Part shown: in pieces, positions 1 through 10,300 of the stretch
Position numbering within the stretch: position 1 is the stretch's first letter
Layout of the letters: every line of letters begins with the position of its first letter
Assembly (NCBI GenBank): GCA_030149205.1
Contig: JASBSB010000003.1
Coordinates: 390,001 to 422,000, forward strand
Reading direction: 5' to 3'
From: Candidatus Heimdallarchaeota archaeon
GTDB taxonomy: Archaea > Asgardarchaeota > Heimdallarchaeia > Heimdallarchaeales > Kariarchaeaceae
Length of the DNA: 32,000 nucleotides
Made by a program: the position numbers and the translations under genes
The notes under the pieces: model-generated
What the model saw: the letters and a program-made list of their open reading frames with translations, nothing else
What the model was told of the DNA's origin: nothing
Database searches by the model: none

Positions 1-1
1 T

Positions 2-604
2 CTTCTTTTCTGTGTGCATAGAAGTTCTGAAGAGAAGAAATATGAATATTTAAAATTATTGCCAACCACCTTCTTGGATCAATTTCCGGGTTCATTTCTT
101 AACATATATTTCCTCCTTCTATCTGAATCTAAAGATGAAAAGGAAAAAGCAGCTATGAATTTAGTAATCTATAATTTCTCTATCCTTGATTTAGCTAGTT
201 TAAACAGAGAAGACTTCAACATTTTAACAAAAATAATGACGGAGATGAAAAGAGAAGATGAACTACTTCAAGAATTCGAACGAAGAGGGATCGATGAGAG
301 GCTTATCAATTATTGGGAGAAAAAGACTCACAGCGAAAAATCTAAATTTATTGACCTGGTCAAAGCGTCAGCATTCTTTAGAAGAGGAAAACATACAAAG
401 GAATTGATATTTGCGTTGGAAAGGATTTTAGAAATAACAGAAAAGAAATCAAGAGCAAAGTATAAAGACTATTACGAATTAATTAGCCTTTATCGTGAAA
501 TTGGAGATAAGGAAAAAGAAGCAGAAACTGAAGAGAGATTTACTAAACTGAAATCTAAGCGAAAACATCGTAAGAGTGGAAAGCGAAAATCTAAGAAATA
601 CTGA
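2..604 (+). CDS. Hypothetical helical (TPR-like) protein, 5'-partial
   Basis: The frame is open from the window edge (CTT CTT TTC TGT GTG...), so the track's GTG at 14 is probably not the real start. Amphipathic helical pattern (YYELISLYREIGDKEKEAE) and a basic C-terminal tail. Confidence 0.6.
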   Translation, partial: LLFCVHRSSEEKKYEYLKLLPTTFLDQFPGSFLNIYFLLLSESKDEKEKAAMNLVIYNFSILDLASLNREDFNILTKIMTEMKREDELLQEFERRGIDERLINYWEKKTHSEKSKFIDLVKASAFFRRGKHTKELIFALERILEITEKKSRAKYKDYYELISLYREIGDKEKEAETEERFTKLKSKRKHRKSGKRKSKKY

Positions 605-674
605 AGATAGCCCTTGAAACTATAACATACAAGCTTTGAAATTCTCTCCAACACTAAAAAATTTAAATATCTTC

Positions 675-2105
675 CTACTCTCTCCTCCAGATTGTACCAC
701 TCTTATTGTCTTCAAGTATAATCCCCCGCTCTTTTAACTCATCCCGAATCTTATCTGATAGTGACCAATCTTTTTCTGAACGGGCCTGATTACGAATCGC
801 TATCTGCTCTTCTATCCACTCAACTTCCTTATCAACTGTGTTGTCTTCGGATTGCAAGATTCCAAATACAAATAACATTTGTTGAAACTCATGCAGAGGG
901 TTGAGAAATAGATGTCCACTAACCTTTGGAGCTACTCGAATAAACGAGTTAATTTCTTTTATCACCTTTTGAAATACAACAATGGCATCGGGTGAATTAA
1001 AATCATTCAATAGCTTACTCTGCAACTCAGTAAGTAAGGCTGATATTTTCAATGAAAATTCAACCACCTCTGGTGGTGATTTGAACTCTCCATTTTGCCT
1101 AGTCAATGCTTTGAATGCTGTATAAGTTGATCGAAACTTCTCAATCTGGGTCTTCGAATCTCTTAAATATTCTTCAGAATACTCTAGTGGCTTTCTGTAT
1201 TGAGCTTGCAAATAAAACCATCTTAGTGTATCTCCGTCATAGGTTTCAAACACTTCCTCTAGGTTCTTGAAATTGCCTGTGCTCTTACTCATCTTATCCT
1301 TGTTTATGGTAAGGAACCCATTATGAACGAAGAAATTGGAAAATTTTTTACCAGTGAACGATTCTGATTGAGCAATCTCATTTGTGTGATGAGGAAAGGC
1401 CAAATCTCTACCGCCACCATGGATATCAATGGTCTCTCCTAAAAGAGAGTGAATCATTGCAGAACATTCAATATGCCAACCGGGCCTCATTTTTCCCCAA
1501 GGTGTTTCCCAAAATGGTTCTTTAGGTTTAGAAAGTTTCATCAGAGCAAAATCCTCCCTACTTTCCTTGTCATATATATTTTCATCTGCCTCAGCAGATT
1601 GGGATTCCTCCAATTTAAAGTTTACAAGTTTTCCATAGTTCTTGAATTTCTTAACTCTAAAATAAACACCTGACTCTCTAGAATAAGCAAACCCTTTTTG
1701 AATTAGAACTCTGGTAATTTCCTCCATCTTAGGAATATATTCCGTTGCAAGAGGTCTGAGATTGGGCTCCAGAATGTTAAGAGCTAAATAATCGTGCTCA
1801 ATTGCTGGGATTATTTTCTGAGCTAATTCAGCTACAGAGATTCCATCCTTCTCTGCCTGAACAATCATCTTATCATCAATATCTGTGTAATTTGAGACAA
1901 ATTTTACACGATACCCTAAAAACATTAGCACCCGTCGTATGAAATCGAAAACCACCATTGACCTTCCATGTCCATGATGTGCCTTTGCATAAACTGTTGG
2001 TCCACACACGTACATTTTTACCAGATTACCTTCAATTGGGATAAATTCCCTGGTTTTGTGAGTCTGTACATCATAGATCTTAAGTCCAGTTTCGAATTTT
2101 TTCAC
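675..2105 (-). CDS. cysS: Cysteinyl-tRNA synthetase (class I)
   Basis: MYVCGPTVY, HIGH-type motif (HHGH), GRPGWHIECSAM-like segment (MRPGWHIECSAM), DIHGGGRDLAFPHHTNEIAQS, KMSKS, and C-terminal anticodon-binding helix (SDKIRDELKERGIILED). Confidence 0.98.
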   Translation of the reverse strand: MKKFETGLKIYDVQTHKTREFIPIEGNLVKMYVCGPTVYAKAHHGHGRSMVVFDFIRRVLMFLGYRVKFVSNYTDIDDKMIVQAEKDGISVAELAQKIIPAIEHDYLALNILEPNLRPLATEYIPKMEEITRVLIQKGFAYSRESGVYFRVKKFKNYGKLVNFKLEESQSAEADENIYDKESREDFALMKLSKPKEPFWETPWGKMRPGWHIECSAMIHSLLGETIDIHGGGRDLAFPHHTNEIAQSESFTGKKFSNFFVHNGFLTINKDKMSKSTGNFKNLEEVFETYDGDTLRWFYLQAQYRKPLEYSEEYLRDSKTQIEKFRSTYTAFKALTRQNGEFKSPPEVVEFSLKISALLTELQSKLLNDFNSPDAIVVFQKVIKEINSFIRVAPKVSGHLFLNPLHEFQQMLFVFGILQSEDNTVDKEVEWIEEQIAIRNQARSEKDWSLSDKIRDELKERGIILEDNKSGTIWRRE

Positions 2106-2299
2106 AAAGATTTTTCAAACTTAACCTTTTAAAAATATCTGTTAGTGGTACATTACTTGAATACCGATAGATAAGTTAAAAATCATAATTATTGCATTCT
2201 TAGATAAGTGATTCATGTAAAATGTAGCTCTGATTGCTGTTATCGTTCAAATCACTTGTTAGGATAAAACTGTATTAAAACGAGTATATTGGTTAATAA

Positions 2300-2743
2300 C
2301 TAGACATGCATGGTTAATTGTACCCCATCCTGTTTAAACCCATTCTTAAGATAAAATTCTCTTGCAGGTCGGTTTTCATACCCAACTGTCACCTCGAGCA
2401 CATTAATTTTTCTTTCCTCAGCAAATGAATTCAGCTCGTCCAAAAGCATCTTTCCAATATTCTGACCTTGAAATGCACGATCAACTACCATCTCATCAAT
2501 TCTTAAGGTCAATCCCTGACCCACAGTGTGCCTGAGAACTGAGTGAAGAATGGCGACAATTGTCTCACCGACGGTGGCTACATGAAGATGATTGAAATCA
2601 TTCTCCAGCATTTTTTCAAGATTTTCTAAGGTTAAAGGAACATAGTGTTCTGTTTTCTTAACTTGATAGAGTTGTTTACTAAGCTCAAGGATTGCATTAT
2701 AATCCTCTTTTTTTGCCAATCGTGTTGAAATATTGCTAGACAT
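2300..2743 (-). CDS. GNAT family N-acetyltransferase
   Basis: Acetyl-CoA motif A (MVVDRAFQGQNIGKMLL) and motif B (NRPAREFYLKNGF). Confidence 0.9.
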   Translation of the reverse strand: MSSNISTRLAKKEDYNAILELSKQLYQVKKTEHYVPLTLENLEKMLENDFNHLHVATVGETIVAILHSVLRHTVGQGLTLRIDEMVVDRAFQGQNIGKMLLDELNSFAEERKINVLEVTVGYENRPAREFYLKNGFKQDGVQLTMHV

Positions 2744-2952
2744 AGGTCATAGTTTTCAATTTACATATTAAAGTTACCAACTTAGCCCAATTTATTTCGA
2801 CCGCTTTTTGTGTAATTTCATGAATTTGTCCAATACATTGTGATTACGAGAAACTATCAACCTGAGTGCTACCCAGAATGATGAGGTTTTGTTACCCCCA
2901 AGGGGTAAACAAAAAGAATACCTTTATATTGTCGAATGTGGCTAATGTAATC

Positions 2953-4443
2953 ATGAGTGAAACAACACCTGCATTGAGCAGATTCTTTAATCACGCTCGA
3001 TCATTCACAAAGTATGGCATTGTTTTGTTCGTGGTGACCTTTTTGGTGGTCGCATTTGTATACAATTCTGGACCTCCAACTGCAACATCATTTACGCTAA
3101 AACAAAACCAGACTGTTAGTTTAACCTTTTATCGAAATAACTTTGGTCAGTCACAAATTGGAGTCTTCACTGACAATAATCACCAAAATAATGATCATTT
3201 ACCACAACAAACAGCACTTTTAAGAGTTCAGGTATTTAAGGTTACAGGGAATGTATTAACCATTGTACCAGGTTTAGATTATAACACCTATGGTCAGATG
3301 AAATTTTATGATCTGGGGCCAGGTGAATATAGGGTCATTGTAACAAATATCTCCCCAGTTATTGCCACAGGTAATGTGGTTGCGGCAACCTTCAGCCCAT
3401 TATACATTGCTGTCGCATTTTTGTTCATAATGATTACAAACTTATATTTTGGACTTGGAATAATCTTTTTCCCCTTTTATTTCATCTTGCTGTTGGTGGA
3501 TATGACTTCCAATAAGAAGAGATCAGTAAGTTCAAGTTCTACAAGTGGATCAAACGCGCTGCCCTTAGAAAGTGGAACTGCCTCGACAACAGCTGTAAGC
3601 TCAGAACCACAACCCACTAGAAGAGAAGCAATCAGCTCAAGGATAACAGGTGTCTCCGAAACTGTCCAAGCTAAGGTTCGAGAGGCAAAGCAATACACAG
3701 AAAACAGGAGAGCAAATGCATCAGGATTTAAACAGAATGATCTCTCAACAGGTGACTATATACTCTTAGGTATAGCTGGACTATTCCTCCTGATTGGTGT
3801 CTTTTCCTCTGAACCGAGATTATTATTATTCTCTATAATTTTGGGTTCATTAACACTTATTTCTATTAATAAAAAAGAGAAAAGAAGGGTTAGGTTACTT
3901 AGGGCTATGTACAAGAATAGACCCACACCTTACACTGTGAGAGTCTCTGATTTAAGAACACTGTTACGCAGAACTGAATCGCAGGTGGTTAAGGATCTGA
4001 CATCAATGGAATTAGACTATGGATATCCTATCAAGTTGGATACCACCTCTGGATCTGTAATAATAGAGGATGATCTATCTAAGTTCTTACCTGCAAATGA
4101 TCCAGTTAGAAGAGGAAAGTACATTGAGAACTATTCAAGCTCTAGACCTTCAGTACCAGCTCAGCCTGTTCAAACTGTTTCTTCACCCAGTTCGGCTGAA
4201 CGAACTGAATCAAGCAATACCTCAATTTTGCGCAGGGAATCTCAGACTTCAACTGCACCAACTGACAAAGGTGTATCAGGAACAGAGATTGGAGGGTCTG
4301 TGCTAAGACCCAACCCTGAAGTTTCCAAACCCGCACCAGTAACATCAGATGAAACAAAGCCAAAAACCAAATTCTGTGTGGAATGTGGAACAGGGTTACC
4401 AGAATCTGCAAGATATTGCTACGAATGTGGAAGCAGAACTTAG
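2953..4443 (+). CDS. Multi-pass membrane protein with possible winged-helix segment and C-terminal zinc ribbon
   Basis: Three hydrophobic blocks, Ser/Thr/Pro-rich linkers, terminal CVEC-x10-CYEC. ATG 2953 (MSETT) is preferred over the track's 2866 start. Confidence 0.75.
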   Translation: MSETTPALSRFFNHARSFTKYGIVLFVVTFLVVAFVYNSGPPTATSFTLKQNQTVSLTFYRNNFGQSQIGVFTDNNHQNNDHLPQQTALLRVQVFKVTGNVLTIVPGLDYNTYGQMKFYDLGPGEYRVIVTNISPVIATGNVVAATFSPLYIAVAFLFIMITNLYFGLGIIFFPFYFILLLVDMTSNKKRSVSSSSTSGSNALPLESGTASTTAVSSEPQPTRREAISSRITGVSETVQAKVREAKQYTENRRANASGFKQNDLSTGDYILLGIAGLFLLIGVFSSEPRLLLFSIILGSLTLISINKKEKRRVRLLRAMYKNRPTPYTVRVSDLRTLLRRTESQVVKDLTSMELDYGYPIKLDTTSGSVIIEDDLSKFLPANDPVRRGKYIENYSSSRPSVPAQPVQTVSSPSSAERTESSNTSILRRESQTSTAPTDKGVSGTEIGGSVLRPNPEVSKPAPVTSDETKPKTKFCVECGTGLPESARYCYECGSRT

Positions 4444-4610
4444 TTTGTGCTCAACTAAAAATTAAATTTAATAAAATAATAAATTAGGACTCAATCAAAA
4501 TATAGAGCAAACATCAATTCTTAATGGAAGTTTTTGAGAGAATTTTTTTTCAATGTAATTTCTTCATAGTAATTATCTCAGCCTTTAATTCCATCAAGAA
4601 ATCTGAGTCT

Positions 4611-4641
4611 GTAATCACATCCAGTAATCACATCCAGTAAT
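4611..4641. repeat. 13-bp tandem repeat (GTAATCACATCCA x2 + GTAAT)
   Basis: Read directly: gtaatcacatcca gtaatcacatcca gtaat. Confidence 0.85.
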
Positions 4642-4921
4642 TTTAATCCTTTTACGCAAATTGTAACTTATTGTGGAGAGAAATGTTTAGAAATAGACTA
4701 AATGAGCATCAATGTTGTTGGGAAAATTTAAGCTTCAAATTTGGATTAAAGTATTAAGTGTTTATTGCTAAATCTCAAACCTGACAGGGAATTTGACACG
4801 TTTTAGGACAGGTAGAAGGCTAGAGTTTGTTACCTGAAGCCTTCAAAATCAAAGATTAATTTGTGATCAAGATATTCTTTCTTACTATTGGTCTTCAGAT
4901 CTTAATGCTTTAAAATTATTT

Positions 4922-5491
4922 TTAACTGTACGTGAAATAGTCAACTGGAGGATCTCGTTTAAATTTCTCATTATATGCTAACTTTTCGATCGAACGAATA
5001 AAATCAGATTTTGCATCACTGTAATTTTCTCTTGGTATGCTGCTTGCCACAAGTTTAAGCTTTAACTGATAATATTCCTCTCTCGCCTTTGGGTGGGATC
5101 GCAAGTAATCTCTGAATAAAAGATGACGAAAATGAAACTTATGCCCTCTCTCTACCATATGAAGGTGCTCAATCGAAATATTCTCGTGGTCATTATTCAG
5201 ATGACGAACAAAATACCGACGAAAGGGTAAAATTATATTCCATTTCTCGACGTAACGGTAACCTGCCTTCTGAAGTAGTGGAATAAACTCAGATTCCTCT
5301 GCAAGAGAATGTAATTCAACTCCTATATCAATAATAGGTTTAGCACCTAGTCCAGGAACAGAGGTGCCCCCAACATGTTCTACACTGTAAATATAATGAC
5401 CAATAGTTTTCAAAAGAATGTTTCTTCCTTCTTCAAATTTGGAAGGCCAACTTTCATCATAGTCTACCAAATACAACTTATCACGAAACAC
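4922..5491 (-). CDS. GrpB/UPF0157 family nucleotidyltransferase-fold protein
   Basis: LVDYDESWPSKFEE, EHVGGTSVPGLGAKPIIDI, HLHM, FRDYLRSHP, Y..AKSDFI family motifs. Confidence 0.92.
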   Translation of the reverse strand: MFRDKLYLVDYDESWPSKFEEGRNILLKTIGHYIYSVEHVGGTSVPGLGAKPIIDIGVELHSLAEESEFIPLLQKAGYRYVEKWNIILPFRRYFVRHLNNDHENISIEHLHMVERGHKFHFRHLLFRDYLRSHPKAREEYYQLKLKLVASSIPRENYSDAKSDFIRSIEKLAYNEKFKRDPPVDYFTYS

Positions 5492-5756
5492 AATACAGTC
5501 TTAATTTGTAACTATATTAAATACCTTAAAGATGCCCTTTATCTGACTTACCAAATTCTCCTGGTTGTAATTAGTCTCAGAGAATACCTACCTTTCTAAA
5601 GATAAACTTAACTTAAAGTAACCAAATCTAACAGTTTTCAAAACTTCAAGTATTACGTATTTTTTGTTCTTGCCATTTATTTTTAACTTTTCACCATGTT
5701 ATTCAATATTTATCTACAAAGTAATTGTTTTATTCTTTCTTATTAAATTCAGAACA

Positions 5757-7568
5757 TTGAACATTACAGAATCATCAGATTCAATTGCACACTCTTACAC
5801 AAGAAAACCCTATTACAGAAATGGGACTACCTTATTTCTGTCATTCTTTAAAAGACAACCCGGAAAATTGAGTCTAGCTATTTTTGCATTTGCACTCACC
5901 TCAATTTCTGCTTTAATACCAGCTATACTTGTAGGAATGGCAATTGACGAGCTCACCAATTTCGGTTTTGACTCAACTGTTTGGCTTTACTCAGGTCTAA
6001 TTGTCTTATCAGGTGTTTTTTATTATGTTGTGTCATACTTCTCACTGTATACTTATATAACACTGGCCTTCAGCTATGAGAGAGATATCCGACAGGAGTA
6101 CTTTGACAGAATACAACAGCATAGCTTAACCTTCCATGATGAAAATAACTCCTCTAAGTTGCTCTCATTGGGAGTCACAGAGATAACTCAAATGAGACAA
6201 GGAATAATGCCTGGGACGAGATTCATTATCCAAAATATATTTTCAATAATCTTTATCACTTATTCAATTTACAGGGTAACTGACATTTCCAAACTCTATA
6301 TCACCTTTGGGGGATTTGCATTGTATTACATTGTAGCAATTTACCAATCTAAGAAGATCATACCAGTAAGAACTCAACTCGCAAACACTGTAGGGGAGTT
6401 AACGGAGGAATCGCAGGAGATATTCAAAGGAATCGAGGTTGTCAGATCCTTAGGGTCAAGACTGCGAGAAATCCAAAGATTTAGAACCACAAGTAAAAGG
6501 TACTCAAAGCTAGGAATACAAGAGGGACAAATGGCATCATTCTACTGGCCTGATCTCATTTTGCTATCATTGACAGCCGTGTTATTCTGGCTAACCCTTC
6601 TCGATGTCACAAACAAAGTTATTTCTGTCGGAGATATGGTTCAGGTGCTCGGTCTGTTGTTAACCCTTCAGTTATCTAGTTCTTTTATGCCTCAGATATT
6701 TTTGTCCATTAATGCGGCTCTTACAAACTCAAACAGAATATGGAAAAAAATGAACTGGCAGGATCCACAACCTGACAAGATGATCACTAAAGATTTAGAG
6801 GTCAACTGGGATGGAGACCTGAAATTTGAGGATGTGACATTTACTTACACTCAGTCAGAAAGACCTGCCTTAGAAGAAATAAATATTTCAATACCCCCTC
6901 ATAGCAAAGTGGCTTTGATCGGAGGTCCTGGATCAGGGAAGTCAACATTTCTAAAACTGCTCTTACAGCTGTACCTACCTCAGAAGGGAAGAATCACGAT
7001 CTCTGGAGTTGATTTTCAAGACATCAAAGTGGATGAGGTAAGAAGAAACGTTAGTAGGGTTGAACAGGAAGTATTTCTCTTTTCAGGGACAATTCGAGAT
7101 AATATTGCATTCGCAAAACCTGATGCATCTGACGAGGATGTCATTGCTGCTGCTCAGGCTGCTCAAGCGCTTGAATTTATCAAGCAGCTTCCTGATGGAA
7201 TCTATACCAAGATTGGTGAAAGAGGTGTTGATATCTCAGGGGGTCAAAAACAAAGGTTAGCTATTGCAAGAGCGATACTTGCAGACCCCAAGATTCTATT
7301 GCTAGATGACAGTGCATCTGCCTTAGACAGTAAAACTGAGGAGCTGTTAAGAATCGCCCTAGATAACCTTTCAAAGGACAGAACCACTATTACAGTGACC
7401 CAACGATTAAACACTTTGGTTAGAGCAGATCTCATAATCTTATTGAAAAAGGGAAAAGTTCTCGCCTCAGGCACACATAAAGAACTGTTAAAGGACTGTG
7501 AAGAATATCAGAACATTTTCAAGTTGCTACCGGAATCTGAACAGTTACTAGCTCAGGAGGGAGATTAA
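5757..7568 (+). CDS. Heterodimeric ABC exporter, subunit A (TMD+NBD)
   Basis: TM domain then Walker A GGPGSGKS, signature ISGGQKQR, degenerate Walker B (LLLDDS) and Q in place of the H-loop His (VTQR), typical of the degenerate half of a heterodimer. The start is uncertain: TTG 5757 preferred, the track gives 5664. Confidence 0.93.
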   Translation: MNITESSDSIAHSYTRKPYYRNGTTLFLSFFKRQPGKLSLAIFAFALTSISALIPAILVGMAIDELTNFGFDSTVWLYSGLIVLSGVFYYVVSYFSLYTYITLAFSYERDIRQEYFDRIQQHSLTFHDENNSSKLLSLGVTEITQMRQGIMPGTRFIIQNIFSIIFITYSIYRVTDISKLYITFGGFALYYIVAIYQSKKIIPVRTQLANTVGELTEESQEIFKGIEVVRSLGSRLREIQRFRTTSKRYSKLGIQEGQMASFYWPDLILLSLTAVLFWLTLLDVTNKVISVGDMVQVLGLLLTLQLSSSFMPQIFLSINAALTNSNRIWKKMNWQDPQPDKMITKDLEVNWDGDLKFEDVTFTYTQSERPALEEINISIPPHSKVALIGGPGSGKSTFLKLLLQLYLPQKGRITISGVDFQDIKVDEVRRNVSRVEQEVFLFSGTIRDNIAFAKPDASDEDVIAAAQAAQALEFIKQLPDGIYTKIGERGVDISGGQKQRLAIARAILADPKILLLDDSASALDSKTEELLRIALDNLSKDRTTITVTQRLNTLVRADLIILLKKGKVLASGTHKELLKDCEEYQNIFKLLPESEQLLAQEGD

Positions 7569-7570
7569 TT

Positions 7571-9679
7571 ATGTCGAGAAGAGCAAATATCTTGGCTGAT
7601 AAGAGCAGATCCAGAAGTTCCAAAGTGTTGCTTGTAAAGCTATGGGACTATCTCCTCCCAATGAAGAAGTACTTGGGTCTTGTCGCCTTCCTAACACTGT
7701 TTTATACTGGCGCAGTTACAATTCAACCAATTCTGGTTCAATATGCAATCAACAACCTACTTAGTGTGGGGACGTTTGCGTCAGTAGTCAACCTACTGCT
7801 GTTGTATGTTCTGCTATCAGCGGTTGCATGGATAACACAATCAACCATCAACTGGTTCTTAGCAATAGTACAAAATGACTTGGTACATCGATTGAGGACA
7901 GATACCTTTGAGAAACTTGTAGATGCAGACCTAAGCTACCATTCACAGACTCAGTCAGGAAATGTGACATCAAGAGTTGTAAACGATACTCAAGAGATAA
8001 CCGCTGGAATCACTGTCTTCACAACCAGTGCCACAAACCTGCTGGTTGCTGTTGCCACACTTTCTGTTCTGTTCTCAATCTCCATCTGGTTTGGTCTAAT
8101 TTCACTGTTAGCCATCCCTACAGCCTACATCATTACCAAGGTTATCTCGAGCAAGGGTAAAGAACGTATGCTAAAAGTCAGAGCATCTCTTGGAAGAGTG
8201 AGTGGTAAGCTCGCTGAAAATCTCGCAGGAGTTGCAGTGGCAAAATCGTTCAACCAAGAGAAGAGAACCAGCAATGAGATTCGAAAGTTAAATGACGAGA
8301 CATTCGAGTACTTCAGACAACTAGGTGCAATGATGGTATCAATCTTCCCATCAATAACTCTAGTAAGTCTGATCATGATTGCCAGTGTGCTATTCGTCGG
8401 TGGGTATCTCTACACAATCCCCATAATTACTATTGGTGCCATTTACCTAGGTACAGTGATGGTCAGGAGATTTCTAAGCCCAATACTACAGCTTTCAAAC
8501 AATATAACCAGCCTGCAGACTGCACTTGCTGCAATGGACAGAATTGTTGATATCCTAAACACTGAACCTGCTGTTGGTGACAAACCTAATGCCAAACCAC
8601 TAGTTCTTACTGGAGGTACGATTGAGTTTGAACACGTTTCATTTGAATACGTGCAAAGGGAGTCACGAAAGAATGCATCAAAGAATGGAAAAAGACCATC
8701 ATCACAAATGGAAGGAAAAACTGTAAAATCTAACAAAGAAGAAGAAAAGATACTGAACCCCTCTAAAACTGTCTCTGAAAGAAGTATCCAAGCAGATGGT
8801 AAATTAACCTCCCAAGCGGAGAGGCAGACCGATGGGCATACTACAATCAAAACTGAAACCCAAAATGATGAAAATGATCAGATTGCAAACAAACCCACAA
8901 ATGTTGACTTTAAAAAAGGAGTAGAACCAGTAAACAAAAAGGTGCTAACTGATGTTTCATTTGTTGTTCCAGGTGGTTCAAAAACCGCACTCATTGGACA
9001 TACAGGTGCAGGGAAATCAACAATCACCAAGCTTATTCTTCGATTTTATGACCCAACCTCTGGATCTATCAAGATTGACAATCAGGACTTGCGTGAGGTG
9101 ACTTTAGAATCCATTTATAACTCTGTGAGCCTTGTGACGCAGGAGCCCTACCTATTTGTAGGTACAGTCATGGAAAACATAAAGTATGGAAAGATGGATG
9201 CAACTGACGAAGAGGTCTACACAATCTCCAGATTGGTAGGTGCAGAGGAGTTCATCGATGCGCTTCCCCAAAAATATCAAACCACGCTAACTGAGAGTGG
9301 GAAATCCTTGTCTGCTGGACAGAGACAGATGATCACAATCGTCAGAACAATGTTACGAGACCCTGCGATACTAATTTTGGATGAAGCAACAAGCAGACTT
9401 GACGCTTACTCTGAGAGTTTGGTTCAGCAGGCACAGAATATTCTGTTCGAGGGCAGAACAACCCTGGTTATTGCTCATAGACTTTCCACAGTACGAGATG
9501 TTGATCAAATTGTTGTAATTGATGATGGTAAGATAATTGAGTCAGGGTCACATGAAGAACTTTACGCTAAAAAAGACATGTATTATGAGCTCTATGAGAT
9601 GTATTACTCACACCAAGGCCTGAAGGAGCTTGCCAAGCCAGAGATGATATCAGAAGAGAAAAGTCAAACAAGCGACTAG
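7571..9679 (+). CDS. Heterodimeric ABC exporter, subunit B (TMD+NBD) with ~90-aa polar insertion in the NBD
   Basis: Starts 2 nt after subunit A. GHTGAGKS, LSAGQRQ, ILILDEATS, IAHRLST motifs. Confidence 0.95.
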   Translation: MSRRANILADKSRSRSSKVLLVKLWDYLLPMKKYLGLVAFLTLFYTGAVTIQPILVQYAINNLLSVGTFASVVNLLLLYVLLSAVAWITQSTINWFLAIVQNDLVHRLRTDTFEKLVDADLSYHSQTQSGNVTSRVVNDTQEITAGITVFTTSATNLLVAVATLSVLFSISIWFGLISLLAIPTAYIITKVISSKGKERMLKVRASLGRVSGKLAENLAGVAVAKSFNQEKRTSNEIRKLNDETFEYFRQLGAMMVSIFPSITLVSLIMIASVLFVGGYLYTIPIITIGAIYLGTVMVRRFLSPILQLSNNITSLQTALAAMDRIVDILNTEPAVGDKPNAKPLVLTGGTIEFEHVSFEYVQRESRKNASKNGKRPSSQMEGKTVKSNKEEEKILNPSKTVSERSIQADGKLTSQAERQTDGHTTIKTETQNDENDQIANKPTNVDFKKGVEPVNKKVLTDVSFVVPGGSKTALIGHTGAGKSTITKLILRFYDPTSGSIKIDNQDLREVTLESIYNSVSLVTQEPYLFVGTVMENIKYGKMDATDEEVYTISRLVGAEEFIDALPQKYQTTLTESGKSLSAGQRQMITIVRTMLRDPAILILDEATSRLDAYSESLVQQAQNILFEGRTTLVIAHRLSTVRDVDQIVVIDDGKIIESGSHEELYAKKDMYYELYEMYYSHQGLKELAKPEMISEEKSQTSD
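9177..9643 (+). repeat. Direct repeat copy 1 (3' part of ABC subunit B), paired with 12784-13250
   Basis: Manual ungapped alignment: 467 nt with about 30 mismatches (~93-94% identity). Confidence 0.95.
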
Positions 9680-9872
9680 ATAGTTTTACAGCTTTAATCT
9701 GTTCACCTGATTTTCCTGTGATTATCTGGTATTGGATCCACTCTGCAAAATCTAGGCACACAATTTTGGGGCTAAAGGAGCTTTGCATGATAGAGATGAC
9801 AAGTAAATGAGCACAACAGCATAGGGACATGTTCTAGAGATAGACTCGATGGCATCTCATTCATTAAAGACT

Positions 9873-10141
9873 ATGGGAAAAATCTTTTAGGTAGAAGACT
9901 TTAACATATTAAAGTCATCAATCTTTGAAATGATAAAGGATTCAACGTTCTTACAGTCAAAAGAGCTCTTCAAACCCATAACACCGTCCCAAGGGAAATG
10001 ATTGCTAAGACGCATAAAAATCAAGGTCACAAAGAAGAGAAAGCTTTCCACTGGTTTTTGATAGGGGACGAATATACAACTACATTCTATGAGTTACTGT
10101 ACATTATCAAAGGTGAAAACACATTTAAAATAACATGTTGA
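9873..10141 (+). pseudogene. 5' fragment of a split tandem-GNAT pseudogene (paralog of 13446-14573); not in the ORF track
   Basis: ATG 9873 gives MGKIF*VEDFNILKSSIFEMIKDSTFLQSKELFKPITP, versus paralog MNEILQVEEFKTLEITLFEKIVNLMYLRYQEIFKPLPP. After a 1-nt frameshift near 9987 it reads PREMIAK...KEEKAFHWF...ELLYIIKGEN, versus PKEKIRK...VEEKSYYWF...HLLHMLKGDN. Confidence 0.88.
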
Positions 10142-10300
10142 ATAAATAATTTGGTTTTTTTTTGCTCTAAAATTGCAGACACAAGTTGAATATTGTCTTA
10201 TACCATGTGTGTGTAAAAATGTCATAGTTGAAGATAAAAAACAATTGAAACAACTTTAAAGCAAACATATTTTTATAATCTGATTTAATTAAATTTAATA

